Source of the DNA: a virus
Taxonomy: Duplodnaviria; Caudoviricetes
Virus record (IMG/VR): IMGVR_UViG_3300027265_000051
Location: 1 to 34,027 of that record
Strand: one strand, 5' to 3'
Length of the DNA stretch: 34,027 nt
Shown: piece by piece, positions 8,686 to 18,943 of the stretch
How the letters are laid out: each line of letters starts with the position of its first letter
Numbering within the stretch: position 1 is the first letter of the stretch
The notes under the pieces: model-generated
What the model saw: only the letters and a program-made list of their open reading frames with translations
Told to the model about the DNA's origin: nothing
Database searches by the model: none
Made by a program: the position numbers and the translations under genes

Positions 8686-9135
8686 TTAAAAAGTAAATCC
8701 AGAAAGCCTAATCCAAGAACCTGCTGAATGACAAACGTATAAAAAGTTTGCATCTACTGCATATTCTCCAGCTACACCATAACCTTCTGTACTTCCTGAT
8801 GGAACAAAAGGAGTATAAATACCAAGATTGTTGAAATTTATGCTTCCAATAAATAATGTGTTTGCACTCAATGTATCAGTTGCAACATTTCCAGTAAATG
8901 TAGCTCCAGATGTATTTGCTTTTGTTGCAAGTGCAGCGTTTGTTATTGCTGTAGTTGCATAAGCAGAAAGTGAATTATTAACACTTGTAGTTTTTGCAAT
9001 TTCGCTTGTTTTAAGGGTTCCTGTTGAATCCTTTATTTGAAATACACCGTTAACATCATTTATTGTAATGTTGTTTATTTTGATAGCATCTACGCTGTCA
9101 TTTTCCTGTGTAATATTTAAAAAATTTATATCCAT
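8686..9135 (-). CDS. putative decoration or short fibre protein
   Basis: Thr/Ala-rich; C-terminal GEYAVDANFLYVC...WIR, a motif typical of phage fibre modules. Confidence 0.6.
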   Translation of the reverse strand: MDINFLNITQENDSVDAIKINNITINDVNGVFQIKDSTGTLKTSEIAKTTSVNNSLSAYATTAITNAALATKANTSGATFTGNVATDTLSANTLFIGSINFNNLGIYTPFVPSGSTEGYGVAGEYAVDANFLYVCHSAGSWIRLSGFTF

Positions 9136-9139
9136 TAGA

Positions 9140-9655
9140 TTATAAGCTTAAAGTAGTTATGTAACCTTGTGTTACAACAGTGCCTGCTGCAACATCTTTA
9201 CTTGTCATAGTGTAAGTAATACCTTTTGAATCATTCAACATTTTACCGCTGTTAATATTTGCAGTTGTTAAACTCATACCTGACTTTTTACCAAGCAATA
9301 CAAATTGCCCGTCATTGTCTTTTGTAATAACAAATAAACGTGACATTGCAAGCAAGTTTAAAGTATCTCTGGTTGTTTGGTCTGTTTTGTAAACAACTGA
9401 ATTAATAGTTGCTTCAAATGTTGGTGTTTGTGTGTCTTTGTTGTTTGTCAACACTTCATTAAACTCTGTTGTTTCGCTTGGAAACTGGAATTTATAGAAT
9501 GTATTAGCTCCAGTTGCTCCAGTAATTTCACCTGTAGCATTCACACCCCACACTGTAGAACCTGTAAACGTACTTATGTACATTTCTTGGGTTCCCCCGT
9601 GATTCTGGAGGCAATCAGCTAAAGCTAAACCTGTATTTAAAATGCAATTTGCCAT
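9140..9655 (-). CDS. putative major tail (tube) protein
   Basis: 171 aa, C...GGTQEMYI N-terminus, beta-rich, follows the capsid gene, strong SD-like AAGGAG. Confidence 0.6.
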   Translation of the reverse strand: MANCILNTGLALADCLQNHGGTQEMYISTFTGSTVWGVNATGEITGATGANTFYKFQFPSETTEFNEVLTNNKDTQTPTFEATINSVVYKTDQTTRDTLNLLAMSRLFVITKDNDGQFVLLGKKSGMSLTTANINSGKMLNDSKGITYTMTSKDVAAGTVVTQGYITTLSL

Positions 9656-9689
9656 ATATATTTTTCTCCTTTATTATTAAGTTTAAAAT

Positions 9690-9713
9690 CTGAGGGGCTT
9701 TAGAACCCCTCAG
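9690..9713 (-). terminator. Hairpin or partial terminator after the capsid gene
   Basis: CTGAGGGG/CCCCTCAG 8 bp stem. Confidence 0.65.
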
Positions 9714-9725
9714 TATTTTTTATAA

Positions 9726-10634
9726 TTAAGCAATTGTTAATACAACAACTTGACTTGGGAAAGCTACAGTAACACCTTGTTTCCAGTCAGCAGAAATTCT
9801 GTTGAATTTGCGTACATTGTCATACTGTACATCTAATGTCTGTGAATCCTTTTCGTTTGTAGTACCGAAAATTAAATTGTCATCAGCTGCACAAATCATT
9901 ATATTATTTGAAGTAATCCCTGCTGTAGGTCTTACATAAATATTGATTGCTCCAGGATAAGCAATACCTTCTGGTACTTCATCAAATTTGTAATTGAAAT
10001 AATTTGCATTTCTTCCAGCAATCAAAAATCTCTTATAGTTAACAGCAGAAAGCCAGATAGTACTTTTCTTGTTTACATTGTCAAAAGGATATTGAGTAGA
10101 AATCTCATCCAACATTGACATAATGTTTGAAGTAGTTGTTGCTGCTGTAAAGCTTGTAATGTTAGTTGTAGATGAACTGAAAGAAGTTCCAGTTAATAAA
10201 CCAATGAAACCAGTACAACCAAGTGTGCTGTCACCGTTCCAAATTATAGAATCAACTTTTTCAGCAATACCACTTGCAATGTCACCAAGTATTTCAGCTT
10301 CAAAAGGAATAACGTCTTTTTTACCTTCTGATTTTGGCAAATACTCAGATGTGTATTTATCCCTTAAATCTGGGTCACAAAGGTCGTTTGTGTAATTCAA
10401 TGGACAAAGGCTAATTGAAGCTTGTCCTAAAGTTGTAACCCCACTTGAAGATAAGTTACAGCCTTGATTTTGTAATGTGATTGTATTAGAAACAGTAGGT
10501 ACTTTGTAATTTGAACCTGCACCTGTTACAGTTCTAATAAATTTTGAGGTTTGACCTTCATAGATTGCTGCTCTCAGCATATCAAAACCTACTTCTTTTG
10601 TGTATGTACCTAATGTTGAAACATCGTATGCCAT
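9726..10634 (-). CDS. major capsid protein
   Basis: 302 aa; follows protease and scaffold; DLCDPDL...Y, IPFE, IIWNGD, NLIFGT patterns; strong SD and downstream hairpin. Confidence 0.75.
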   Translation of the reverse strand: MAYDVSTLGTYTKEVGFDMLRAAIYEGQTSKFIRTVTGAGSNYKVPTVSNTITLQNQGCNLSSSGVTTLGQASISLCPLNYTNDLCDPDLRDKYTSEYLPKSEGKKDVIPFEAEILGDIASGIAEKVDSIIWNGDSTLGCTGFIGLLTGTSFSSSTTNITSFTAATTTSNIMSMLDEISTQYPFDNVNKKSTIWLSAVNYKRFLIAGRNANYFNYKFDEVPEGIAYPGAINIYVRPTAGITSNNIMICAADDNLIFGTTNEKDSQTLDVQYDNVRKFNRISADWKQGVTVAFPSQVVVLTIA

Positions 10635-10658
10635 AATTTTTTTCTCCTTATATTATTT

Positions 10659-11309
10659 TTATTTGTTTTTTAATTGATTAATCTTTTCAGCCCAAGTCAG
10701 AACTTTTTTAGTTTTATCTTCTGTTTCTGGCTGTATGTTTTTTTGAAATTTTGCAACTTCTTTGATACTTGTTGCAACTGCTGGAGCTTTGCCAAAGTCT
10801 TCAACAACTTTTGACATTGCTTGGTTTGAAGATGTTAATGATTCAATAGCTGCTACAATCTGCATTACTACCTGCTTTAATCCCTCAATCTCAACTTTAA
10901 TGCTTTCAATTTCTGCTGGACAATCCATTTCTGGAGCTTCTGCTTGTGCAGGGTCAACAGGTTCTGTTGCTGGGATAACATCAGCAAGCTTTGTTTCTTC
11001 TGCTTCTGCTTTTACTTCTTCTAATGATGCTACTTGCTGGCCTGTTGTGGGGTCTACGAAAGTTTTTTCATTCTTTATTTCTTCAATAACACCGCCTTTT
11101 ACAACCAAAATTGAACCTCCTTCAACAGCATATTCACCGTCTGGTGCATCAGTAACAGTTGCATCAGCATTTAAAACAGAAATTTTGTTTCCAACTTTTA
11201 CTTCATCGGTTCTTAAAAGTGCTGAACCGTCTGCTGTTTTTACATCAACAAACTTTTGTTCACCTGTAAAAAGAAATTTGATTTTGTTTACTATACTTGT
11301 GTAATCCAT
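10659..11309 (-). CDS. putative scaffolding protein
   Basis: APDGEY...ILVVKGGVIEEIK, acidic linker and coiled coil; lies between protease and capsid. Confidence 0.7.
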   Translation of the reverse strand: MDYTSIVNKIKFLFTGEQKFVDVKTADGSALLRTDEVKVGNKISVLNADATVTDAPDGEYAVEGGSILVVKGGVIEEIKNEKTFVDPTTGQQVASLEEVKAEAEETKLADVIPATEPVDPAQAEAPEMDCPAEIESIKVEIEGLKQVVMQIVAAIESLTSSNQAMSKVVEDFGKAPAVATSIKEVAKFQKNIQPETEDKTKKVLTWAEKINQLKNK

Positions 11310-11352
11310 ATCCTAAGTCTATTTTTCTCTATATATATTTATGTTTTTTTTG

Positions 11353-12042
11353 TTAAACCTTTTTTGAAATAATCTCGTTTATTTCATTGTAAATTTGTTT
11401 ATCAGATTTATCAGCAGCATTGATAATGCTGTATATTCTGTTATAAATGTCTTTGTCGGAAATTTCTTTTTGATAAAACAATTCATCATTCAAAAAATAA
11501 CCTTCCACTGAAAAACCTGCTGTACCGTTGTTGTAGTGTACTTTTAAAAACTTCCAGAGTGATTCATCTTCAATTTTGAAGCTTCCCCACCAGTCACCCT
11601 TCCAAACATCAGAAAAACCCCTTGCTCTGGCAGTGCTTGAAGTTTATGGGTCTGTTTCAATCCAAGATTCAAATACATAAACTCCTTTAGAAATTTCATA
11701 GTTTGAATGTTCAAGATTTGTTTTATGATTATTGCTTTTTTTCATAAATAACTGAGCGCAATCTCTAATTGTATCTTCTGAAAACCAGCAATAATACGGG
11801 TTGCCTTCTACGTCCAATCTTAATATGTTTAAATTTGGCCTCATAAAACAGCCTGTTAAAATTCTTTTTTCATTGACTTCATTAAACTTATATTCTCTTC
11901 TTTTTAGTGGTTGTTTAACTGATGAAAACAGTTGAAAATTCAACTCTGTAGCTGGACTCTGAACTATACTAATTAAATTCAAGTCACCCTTAATTTTATC
12001 TTCTTCTTTTAAAAGAAATTCAATAACTCTGTAATCTTCCAT
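11353..12042 (-). pseudogene. XkdF-like prohead serine protease interrupted by an in-frame TAA at 11644-11646
   Basis: ISIVQSPA, NLEH and FESWI lie before the stop; the same frame continues TSSTARARGFSDVWKGDWWGSFKIEDESLW...GFSVEG to a TAA at 11353-11355. Confidence 0.85.
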
Positions 12043-12079
12043 ACTTATTTTTCCTGTATATATATTTATTTGAAATCTG

Positions 12080-14149
12080 TTAGAAAGTTGACATAACTTC
12101 AACCTTGCTTACATTCTTTTGTGTTTTGGTAATATCACTTTCAAGAACATAAACCATTGTAGGGGGCTGGTTCCCGTTTACTGAGGGATTACCAAAAGGT
12201 GTAAAGTTTGTAGGAGTTCCACCTCCAGAGCTAAATAAAGTCTGGTTGTTTGGTGTATAAGCTCCTCCAGCAGGATTTGAAGAAATTGCTGGTGCTGCTG
12301 GTGCTGTTGATGAAGTGTCTGCACCGCCTCCATCATTAGGAAATTTCTTTGAAAGAATTGCAGCAATTGTTGCTGCTCCCTGTATACCTGTAGCTATTTG
12401 TAAAGGAATAGCAAAAGGAGGGGGAACAGTTGCAGGTATTTTCATAATCGCTTGCAGCGTGTTAATACCAGTCTCTACAGCACTTGTTGCTTTGTTTACA
12501 TTGAATGCTGCTTTCTGTCTTTTCTTTGCCTTTTCTGTGTTACCGTCTGAAATGTTATCCAGAAATTCAAATACAGAATTTCCTATATCCTTCATTGAAG
12601 AAGCCATACCTCCATAGTAAGACAGCTCTTCTGCTCTTAATGTGTTTACTGCTTTGTTATAATCAGCTTGTAATATTTGCCCGTCTTCATAAAATGCTTT
12701 TAACATATCTCTTTTCACTTGCAAAGTTTCGCCAAGCCTCATTATCTCGTCTGAATATTCACCGTCTCTTATTCTCTTTTTTTCTTCTGCATCTGCTAAA
12801 TATTTATCTGTTGCATCAGTTCTTAAATCAGTATTAATTTCAGGCTTTTCATCAGTACCAAGCATTGCTTCATTTATTGCTTCAATAGCTGCTTTTTGTG
12901 CATACAATGATTTAAGTAATTCACTTATTGAAACTATTAGCTTGGGGTTATTATCAGTTATAGCTGCTTTCAGCTGCTTTTCATAATTTGAAATTTCTTC
13001 AATCAGCTTACTATAGCTGTCTGTGTATTTTTCAACTTCTGCTGTTGATTCCGCTGTTGCTGTTACAGATTCTGAACCTGTTTTTTTAACAGTTAATCCT
13101 AATTCTTTAAGCTTTGCATCAAAATCAGTAGTTGCTTTCTCTGCTTCTGCTGTTAGTTCTATATTTTTATTCAAATAATAGTCTTGCTCTTCTTGGGCTT
13201 TTACTTGTGCATCATAAGCGTCTTCCATAGCTTCTTGTTTAAGCGCACCACCATTTGCTGTCATATCAGCATCTGCTTTATCATAAGCTGCTTTTGCAAT
13301 AAGTAAAGTTTTTGTTTTTTCAATTAATAATTCTTGCGAAGCCAGTGCTTGAGATTCCAGATTAATTAATTTTATTTTTTCTGGAATTAATAACAGAGCT
13401 TTTTGTCTGGCAAAATTTATATCTGTTTCAGTGGCTAAACTTGTTCCAAGCTCCTTGTCTAATTTTTCTAAGGCTGTTTTATAGTCACCCGTCTTTTTGC
13501 TAACATCTAATAATGTAGTTTGAACTTGGGTTAATGTTGTAATTTGTTTTGCTGCACTGTCAGCTGCTTTTGTTTGTATCTCTAAATATAATTTTGCTTC
13601 TGTAGATGCTTTCTTTTGTGCTTCTGTTTGTGTGTCATAATTTGCAGCAACAACAACTAAAGCTGTAGCAAGTGCAAGAACAGCAGATAAAGCAAGACCC
13701 CAAGGGTTAGCTTTCATTGCAGTTGTAAGTGCTTTTTGTGCAATAGTTGCAAGCATTGTTGCACCTTCATAAACCCTTGTTGCACTACCAGCCAGAGTTA
13801 TTACAGCAATGTATTTTTGCAACTGCTTCTGTAACTCAACCATATTATCAGAAGAAGAGCCAGCAAGCAAAGCAATAGAGGAAACCATTTGTGTTACACC
13901 CCCAGCAAATTCAACCATTTTAAGCCCAAGTTCCTTTGTGCTTATTCCTTGTAAACTTGTATTTAATGTTTTTAATTTAGAATCAGCTGTTGTTATTTCA
14001 GCTTGTAATGCTTTGAACTCAGCAGAGCCTATAGGCTTTGATTCTAATTCTTGTCTAAGTCCAGCAACCTTTTGTTTAAGAGTTTCAAGTGTTTCTGCAC
14101 TGTTTCCAGCATCTACATTTAAGGATATATTTAAAACTTCATCTGCCAT
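12080..14149 (-). CDS. tail tape measure protein
   Basis: 689 aa, Ala-rich helical; AMKANPWG motif; C-terminal YVLESDITKTQ. Confidence 0.85.
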   Translation of the reverse strand: MADEVLNISLNVDAGNSAETLETLKQKVAGLRQELESKPIGSAEFKALQAEITTADSKLKTLNTSLQGISTKELGLKMVEFAGGVTQMVSSIALLAGSSSDNMVELQKQLQKYIAVITLAGSATRVYEGATMLATIAQKALTTAMKANPWGLALSAVLALATALVVVAANYDTQTEAQKKASTEAKLYLEIQTKAADSAAKQITTLTQVQTTLLDVSKKTGDYKTALEKLDKELGTSLATETDINFARQKALLLIPEKIKLINLESQALASQELLIEKTKTLLIAKAAYDKADADMTANGGALKQEAMEDAYDAQVKAQEEQDYYLNKNIELTAEAEKATTDFDAKLKELGLTVKKTGSESVTATAESTAEVEKYTDSYSKLIEEISNYEKQLKAAITDNNPKLIVSISELLKSLYAQKAAIEAINEAMLGTDEKPEINTDLRTDATDKYLADAEEKKRIRDGEYSDEIMRLGETLQVKRDMLKAFYEDGQILQADYNKAVNTLRAEELSYYGGMASSMKDIGNSVFEFLDNISDGNTEKAKKRQKAAFNVNKATSAVETGINTLQAIMKIPATVPPPFAIPLQIATGIQGAATIAAILSKKFPNDGGGADTSSTAPAAPAISSNPAGGAYTPNNQTLFSSGGGTPTNFTPFGNPSVNGNQPPTMVYVLESDITKTQKNVSKVEVMSTF

Positions 14150-14199
14150 AATATCTATTTTCCTATAGATATTATTTTTCTGATTTTGTTTTTGGAAAT

Positions 14200-14226
14200 A
14201 AAAAACCCCTCAGAAAATTGAGGGGT
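14200..14226 (-). terminator. Intrinsic terminator (- strand)
   Basis: ACCCCTCA/TGAGGGGT stem with a T run on the - strand. Confidence 0.75.
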
Positions 14227-14235
14227 GTGTACTAT

Positions 14236-17200
14236 TTAATAATTTTTGAATAGGTACAACAAACCCCCTACACTTTCCGAGGTTGTTGAGCTTCCTGTTA
14301 AAGTTGATGTGATACCAGTTACTATTGACAATATTGTTGAATATAAATTTGTGCTTCCTGAGTAAATTGTAGAAGCAGACAACACCCCAAGCGAAGTACT
14401 ACCTGATACTTGCAAATTATTTAAAGTTGCTGCACTTATGTTAATTGTAGGTAAACTTTCAGTGCCTCCAGTATATGTATTCAAACCATTTTGAACACTC
14501 ACAGAAGCAGAAGCTCCAGAACTCCCCCCTCCAATAGTTTGAAAAATATTATACAAGTCAGTACTACCAGAATAAATTGTAGTTGCTGATAAAGCATTTA
14601 ATAGAGTTGCTCCAGTTACTTCAAAATTTGCTTCTGGTGCAATGGTTCCTATACCTACGTTCCCACTGTTATCAATAGTAACAGCAGTTGCCCAAGTGAG
14701 AATATTTCCAGACAAACCAACTGGAGCAACATTAAAGTGAATCTTACCCTTTGCTTGTAATATTTGAGATGCAGCATTATTTGAATCATAAGCAAAGCCT
14801 GTACCCCCTAAATTTCTTGCATAAGAGTTAGAACTCCATAAAGACATATCATACCACTGCTGAATAGATGAAGAGCCATAAGAACCCCCCTCAAAAGTTA
14901 TATAGCCTCCATTCCAATTATTAACAAAGCTGTTAATATGGAGTGTACTTCTTGGTATAATGTAATCCCCTAATCCTGTAAACCCAGATACATAAAGAGT
15001 TTCAGCACTTATAATGTTGGTAGAAACTGAACCTGTAAACACAGTAGAATCACTTCTAATTATATTACCCCCTACTATAGAAGCACCTTCATACTTGCTA
15101 TCAATAGTTAAACCGCTGCAATTAAAAGCTCTTACATTGCTTACACCGTCTTCAACAACACAATCAGAGCAGCTATACAAAGAAATATTTCTACAACTTG
15201 CCCCTACAGTATTTCCATTACCTTCAATTAATATCTCATCTGCATAATCTGAAATAATATTTTTCTTTCCCTTTATATGATTGACAATTGCAGTACTTGC
15301 AATTATATTTGAAAAATTATTTTGCTGCTGCAAAAGTGTTGCAATACTGATATTACCCATAGTATGAGCAGTTGCAACAATTTTCTTTTTCTTCTGGGGA
15401 ACCAGAGAGTAACAGTCCTCCCAAGTATTTAAGCTTACTTGAGTAAGTGAATTTTTAACTGCTGGGTTGTAATCCTTAATTTCATTAATGATGTAAATTA
15501 CATTATCAATAACAATTTTATCAGATAAATTCAGAGTTGCAATATCAGATTCATTTAGCAAAAACCAAGCTGTTAATTGCTTTCCTTCGCTAATCTGCTT
15601 AATTGTATTGTAATGATATAAATTGAAAACATTGTTTTCAGTTGTCCAAAAGTTATCTGTAAAGTAAGCCTTGCAGCTGCCAAAGTTCAAATCAAAATCA
15701 GGTTCAGTAGGATTGTCAAAGTGACCAGCATAAGTATAAGCAGAGTAAGAATAAGTTATTGAATTTCCTGTATCTGCAAAAGTCCAGTTTCCATTTATTA
15801 AACCTCCATCATAAAGAATATGTAGACCGCTTGGTTGTCTGCTATCAATTGCAGGTACAATTAAATTTCTACAATAAACATTTGGTGTATCATTAAATAT
15901 TAATTCTTTCTTGTCTTCACCTGTGATTGTTTCAGTATTGAATACAATTTTCTTTTGTCCAAAAACCTCATTGTAATTTTGCTGATATAATTTAGAAAAT
16001 TCATCTTCTGCATTCTTATATGTAAAAGTAATTTCTTTGTTCTGGAGGTCAGGCAAATATTTAATTTGCTGTTCTTTTGACCTGTCAATCTTAGAACTCC
16101 AATTGTGATAAACAGCAGTAGAATAATAAGCATCCCTTGTTTTTAATAAAAATTTGTTTGTTTCACTCTTATCAACATCCAGATAAATGTTGAACATCTT
16201 CAAAAGATTGCTTACAAAATCCTTTTGTTTAACATTCTTTGGGATATAATCATTAATCTGTACTTCATCCCCGTAGTATCTTACACAATCAGTCTGAGTT
16301 AAACCCCAAGCTGTACCAGCTTTTGTATATAATGAAACACTTGCACCAAGACTTGTATTTATTCTGCCATAAATAAATTCAATTTTTACTTGGAAATTGT
16401 CACCGTTTAATGCAGCAATGTTTGTGAAGTTTACACTTCCAACTGCATTACTTGGCTGGTCTCCCCACACTGTAGCAGGGCCTGCACTTATTTGTGTTAA
16501 ATAAGAACCGTTTTTCCAAAGTTGAATCCAGAGCCTTGCATACCAAGCATTGTTATAAACTACGTGAAAATTATAATCAACTTTAAAGTTTTTATACCCC
16601 CCCGTGTTCACCTGATACACACCCGTTGTTATATCTGGCTCCCCGTATGTATTCTGAAAGAAAGGATAGGTTGTACAGTCATCAAAAACAATTGTCTTGT
16701 ATAAGTGTGTTGGATATATGGCAGAATCAAAAGTATCAGCAGACATTTGAACATAAAAAGATTCATCTGATAATGTACCAGCATCCTTTTTAAAATCCTT
16801 ACCAGTAAAAGGAATAAGTATTTTTCCAAAGTCTCCAGTATGTAAAGAGCTGTTGTTGTAGTGATACCCAGCATCTGTAAAGATTCTATCAACATAATTT
16901 ACAGCAAAGATTGCTGGCCAAAAGTCCTGAACTGTGTAATCCTGATTTGTATTATACAGGTTTATGTACTTGTATGTGTCAAGATATGTATTACCTGTTG
17001 TTGCCATAATATCAGCAGGTACAAGGTTGTGAGGATATAAATTAAAATCAATATCCGTTAAATATTTATCACTTATTGTTGTGAAAAAATCTACTGCTGA
17101 GTTGTAAAGAATGATGTTGTAACCAATAATACTATCTTCATTCCAAGCGTTGTTGCTGGGGCTTTTAATGATGTTGTCTAACTGAACATATCCTTCAAAT

Positions 17201-17475
17201 ATATTTATACCGTTACAATAAACAACAGCCTGATATTTTACATTCAAATTGAAAGTGAAGTCTGAACTTCTGATATTATAAAGCTGACTGAATAATTGGT
17301 TGTTGTTCTTGGTTCCTTTAACAGTAATAGTTTTAGAATAAGAACCTCCTCTTTTACTTATGTCTGCAATGTCTGCAACCCTATAATTAAGGCTAACAGG
17401 AAAGGTATTATCAACATCGACATAACCCTTGTCTTTGATATAAAGCTTTACTTCGTTGTAAATGTTTTCTTCCAT
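14236..17475 (-). CDS. large tail tip / baseplate protein with C-terminal fibre-like extension
   Basis: 1079 aa; SYSKTI..KGTKNN, KQKDFV..L.KMFN, GNVGIGT; internal repeat LSATTIYSGSTDLY / LSASTIYSGSTNLY. Confidence 0.8.
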   Translation of the reverse strand: MEENIYNEVKLYIKDKGYVDVDNTFPVSLNYRVADIADISKRGGSYSKTITVKGTKNNNQLFSQLYNIRSSDFTFNLNVKYQAVVYCNGINIFEGYVQLDNIIKSPSNNAWNEDSIIGYNIILYNSAVDFFTTISDKYLTDIDFNLYPHNLVPADIMATTGNTYLDTYKYINLYNTNQDYTVQDFWPAIFAVNYVDRIFTDAGYHYNNSSLHTGDFGKILIPFTGKDFKKDAGTLSDESFYVQMSADTFDSAIYPTHLYKTIVFDDCTTYPFFQNTYGEPDITTGVYQVNTGGYKNFKVDYNFHVVYNNAWYARLWIQLWKNGSYLTQISAGPATVWGDQPSNAVGSVNFTNIAALNGDNFQVKIEFIYGRINTSLGASVSLYTKAGTAWGLTQTDCVRYYGDEVQINDYIPKNVKQKDFVSNLLKMFNIYLDVDKSETNKFLLKTRDAYYSTAVYHNWSSKIDRSKEQQIKYLPDLQNKEITFTYKNAEDEFSKLYQQNYNEVFGQKKIVFNTETITGEDKKELIFNDTPNVYCRNLIVPAIDSRQPSGLHILYDGGLINGNWTFADTGNSITYSYSAYTYAGHFDNPTEPDFDLNFGSCKAYFTDNFWTTENNVFNLYHYNTIKQISEGKQLTAWFLLNESDIATLNLSDKIVIDNVIYIINEIKDYNPAVKNSLTQVSLNTWEDCYSLVPQKKKKIVATAHTMGNISIATLLQQQNNFSNIIASTAIVNHIKGKKNIISDYADEILIEGNGNTVGASCRNISLYSCSDCVVEDGVSNVRAFNCSGLTIDSKYEGASIVGGNIIRSDSTVFTGSVSTNIISAETLYVSGFTGLGDYIIPRSTLHINSFVNNWNGGYITFEGGSYGSSSIQQWYDMSLWSSNSYARNLGGTGFAYDSNNAASQILQAKGKIHFNVAPVGLSGNILTWATAVTIDNSGNVGIGTIAPEANFEVTGATLLNALSATTIYSGSTDLYNIFQTIGGGSSGASASVSVQNGLNTYTGGTESLPTINISAATLNNLQVSGSTSLGVLSASTIYSGSTNLYSTILSIVTGITSTLTGSSTTSESVGGLLYLFKNY

Positions 17476-17480
17476 TGTGC

Positions 17481-18941
17481 TTATATATTGAGGGGTCTGT
17501 TATTGCTTAATTCAAAGTTTACTGTGTACTGAATCAAAGCATCTTTTAAACTTGTCTTTGTTGTAAATGCAGTATCTGTAATGCTCACAGGTATGTAATC
17601 AGAGTTATCTGTAGCAGCTACAGAAGTGAATTCTGTGTTTTTAATATTAAGATAAACCTGCTTTGAAAGAAATAACTGTTCAATAAATTCAGCTTCTTCT
17701 TCTGTCATATACTCAGAAACTACACTGTATTTCTTTTGGTTCTTTACACTGTAAAGGCTCTTTGTTGCTGAGTTTACACTGTATTTATACTTTCCGTTTA
17801 CTAAGTTGTAATCTAAAGCCTTTTTTATGTAATCCCTTGTTATGTCTGTACTCTGGCTGGTTATAAAATGGAAATTAAAAGGAATGAAGCCCCCAAATAA
17901 ATCTTCAAATAACAATTCTACATTGTCTTCTGGTTTGCAAGTTGTATCAATTACAAATCTTTTCTTTTCGCTTAACTGCTGGCCTATACCGTTTATGTAG
18001 TGTATTGTGTAAGCTGGTGTATTAGTGGTTATAATTGCACTCCCATAACTTGCATTTAGATTTTTCGGGAAAGCTGGAGTTAACAATATACTGTTTGTTG
18101 TTGCACTGGTTCCAGTTAGATTGTAAGTTGAACCTCCTTCAATCATAACCCTCAAAGAGACTACACTACCAGAAGCAGGGCAAACAATATTTAAGTAACC
18201 AGAGTTGCTTGTTCTTACATTGTAGTTGTCAGGTAACTCAGTTAAAAACTTGCTGTTTGCATTGTTGATTGTGTAAGTGCTTGCAGTGTAGTTTATATAA
18301 TTTTCGTGCTGTATTGCAAAGTTTCCAACTGTTATTGCTGTAGTTGTAAGACCTGAGTAAACTATTTTTCTATTGTCTTGGTAAGCTGTAAGCCCCCCTT
18401 CTGGGGCTGTTGCAAGGAGAAAGGGGTAATCAATTACAATTGCTTTTGTGTTTGGAACAGATACAACTCTATGTACTCCTTCATAGCCTGAGTTAGTAAA
18501 ACCAGCAGTTTGAGCAATAAATACATAGTCACCAATTACATATTGGTGTACTGTAGTACCAGTAAAACCAACCTTTCCAACAAAGCCAGTTGATGAACAA
18601 TAAAAGTTGTCTGTAAAAGGCCATTCATATTTATACTCTTCACCAAGTTTCAAATTAAAGTTTGTTTGCTGCTCTGTATTTGGCTTGTAGCTGTTCCAAG
18701 ATAGATTAAAAGGTTCATCAGTTATAAAATCAGAACATATAGAAGCAACTTCACAATAGCCAAAATAATTATCAGTAGGTATTGAAGGAACCTTTAACCT
18801 TCTGATGTAAGTTGAACCAGAATACAAATCAATGATGTAATTAAACCCCGTGTTTGTGTTGGTTGTGGAAGACATAACCAAATGAAATGGGTTGTATGCT
18901 GGTTGTATAGTGTCAATATTTGTGAGTAATGTTACTGCCAT
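17481..18941 (-). CDS. tail protein (distal-tail-like)
   Basis: 486 aa, beta-rich; QPAYNP N-terminus, FEDLFGG, LFLSKQVY; adjacent to the tail tip gene. Confidence 0.7.
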   Translation of the reverse strand: MAVTLLTNIDTIQPAYNPFHLVMSSTTNTNTGFNYIIDLYSGSTYIRRLKVPSIPTDNYFGYCEVASICSDFITDEPFNLSWNSYKPNTEQQTNFNLKLGEEYKYEWPFTDNFYCSSTGFVGKVGFTGTTVHQYVIGDYVFIAQTAGFTNSGYEGVHRVVSVPNTKAIVIDYPFLLATAPEGGLTAYQDNRKIVYSGLTTTAITVGNFAIQHENYINYTASTYTINNANSKFLTELPDNYNVRTSNSGYLNIVCPASGSVVSLRVMIEGGSTYNLTGTSATTNSILLTPAFPKNLNASYGSAIITTNTPAYTIHYINGIGQQLSEKKRFVIDTTCKPEDNVELLFEDLFGGFIPFNFHFITSQSTDITRDYIKKALDYNLVNGKYKYSVNSATKSLYSVKNQKKYSVVSEYMTEEEAEFIEQLFLSKQVYLNIKNTEFTSVAATDNSDYIPVSITDTAFTTKTSLKDALIQYTVNFELSNNRPLNI

Positions 18942-18943
18942 TT

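Noticed and set aside
11644-11646. Genome-wide stop codon reassignment
   Set aside because: TAA is the normal stop of most genes here and no other gene appears interrupted; no suppressor tRNA
12043-12102. ORF-track start of the protease at 12102
   Set aside because: Overlaps the tape measure stop and the promoter motif; ATG 12042 fits motif spacing and leader
14236-14600. Diversity-generating retroelement or invertible tail-fibre cassette
   Set aside because: No reverse transcriptase or invertase; the LSAxTIYSGSTxLY repeat is short and internal to one protein
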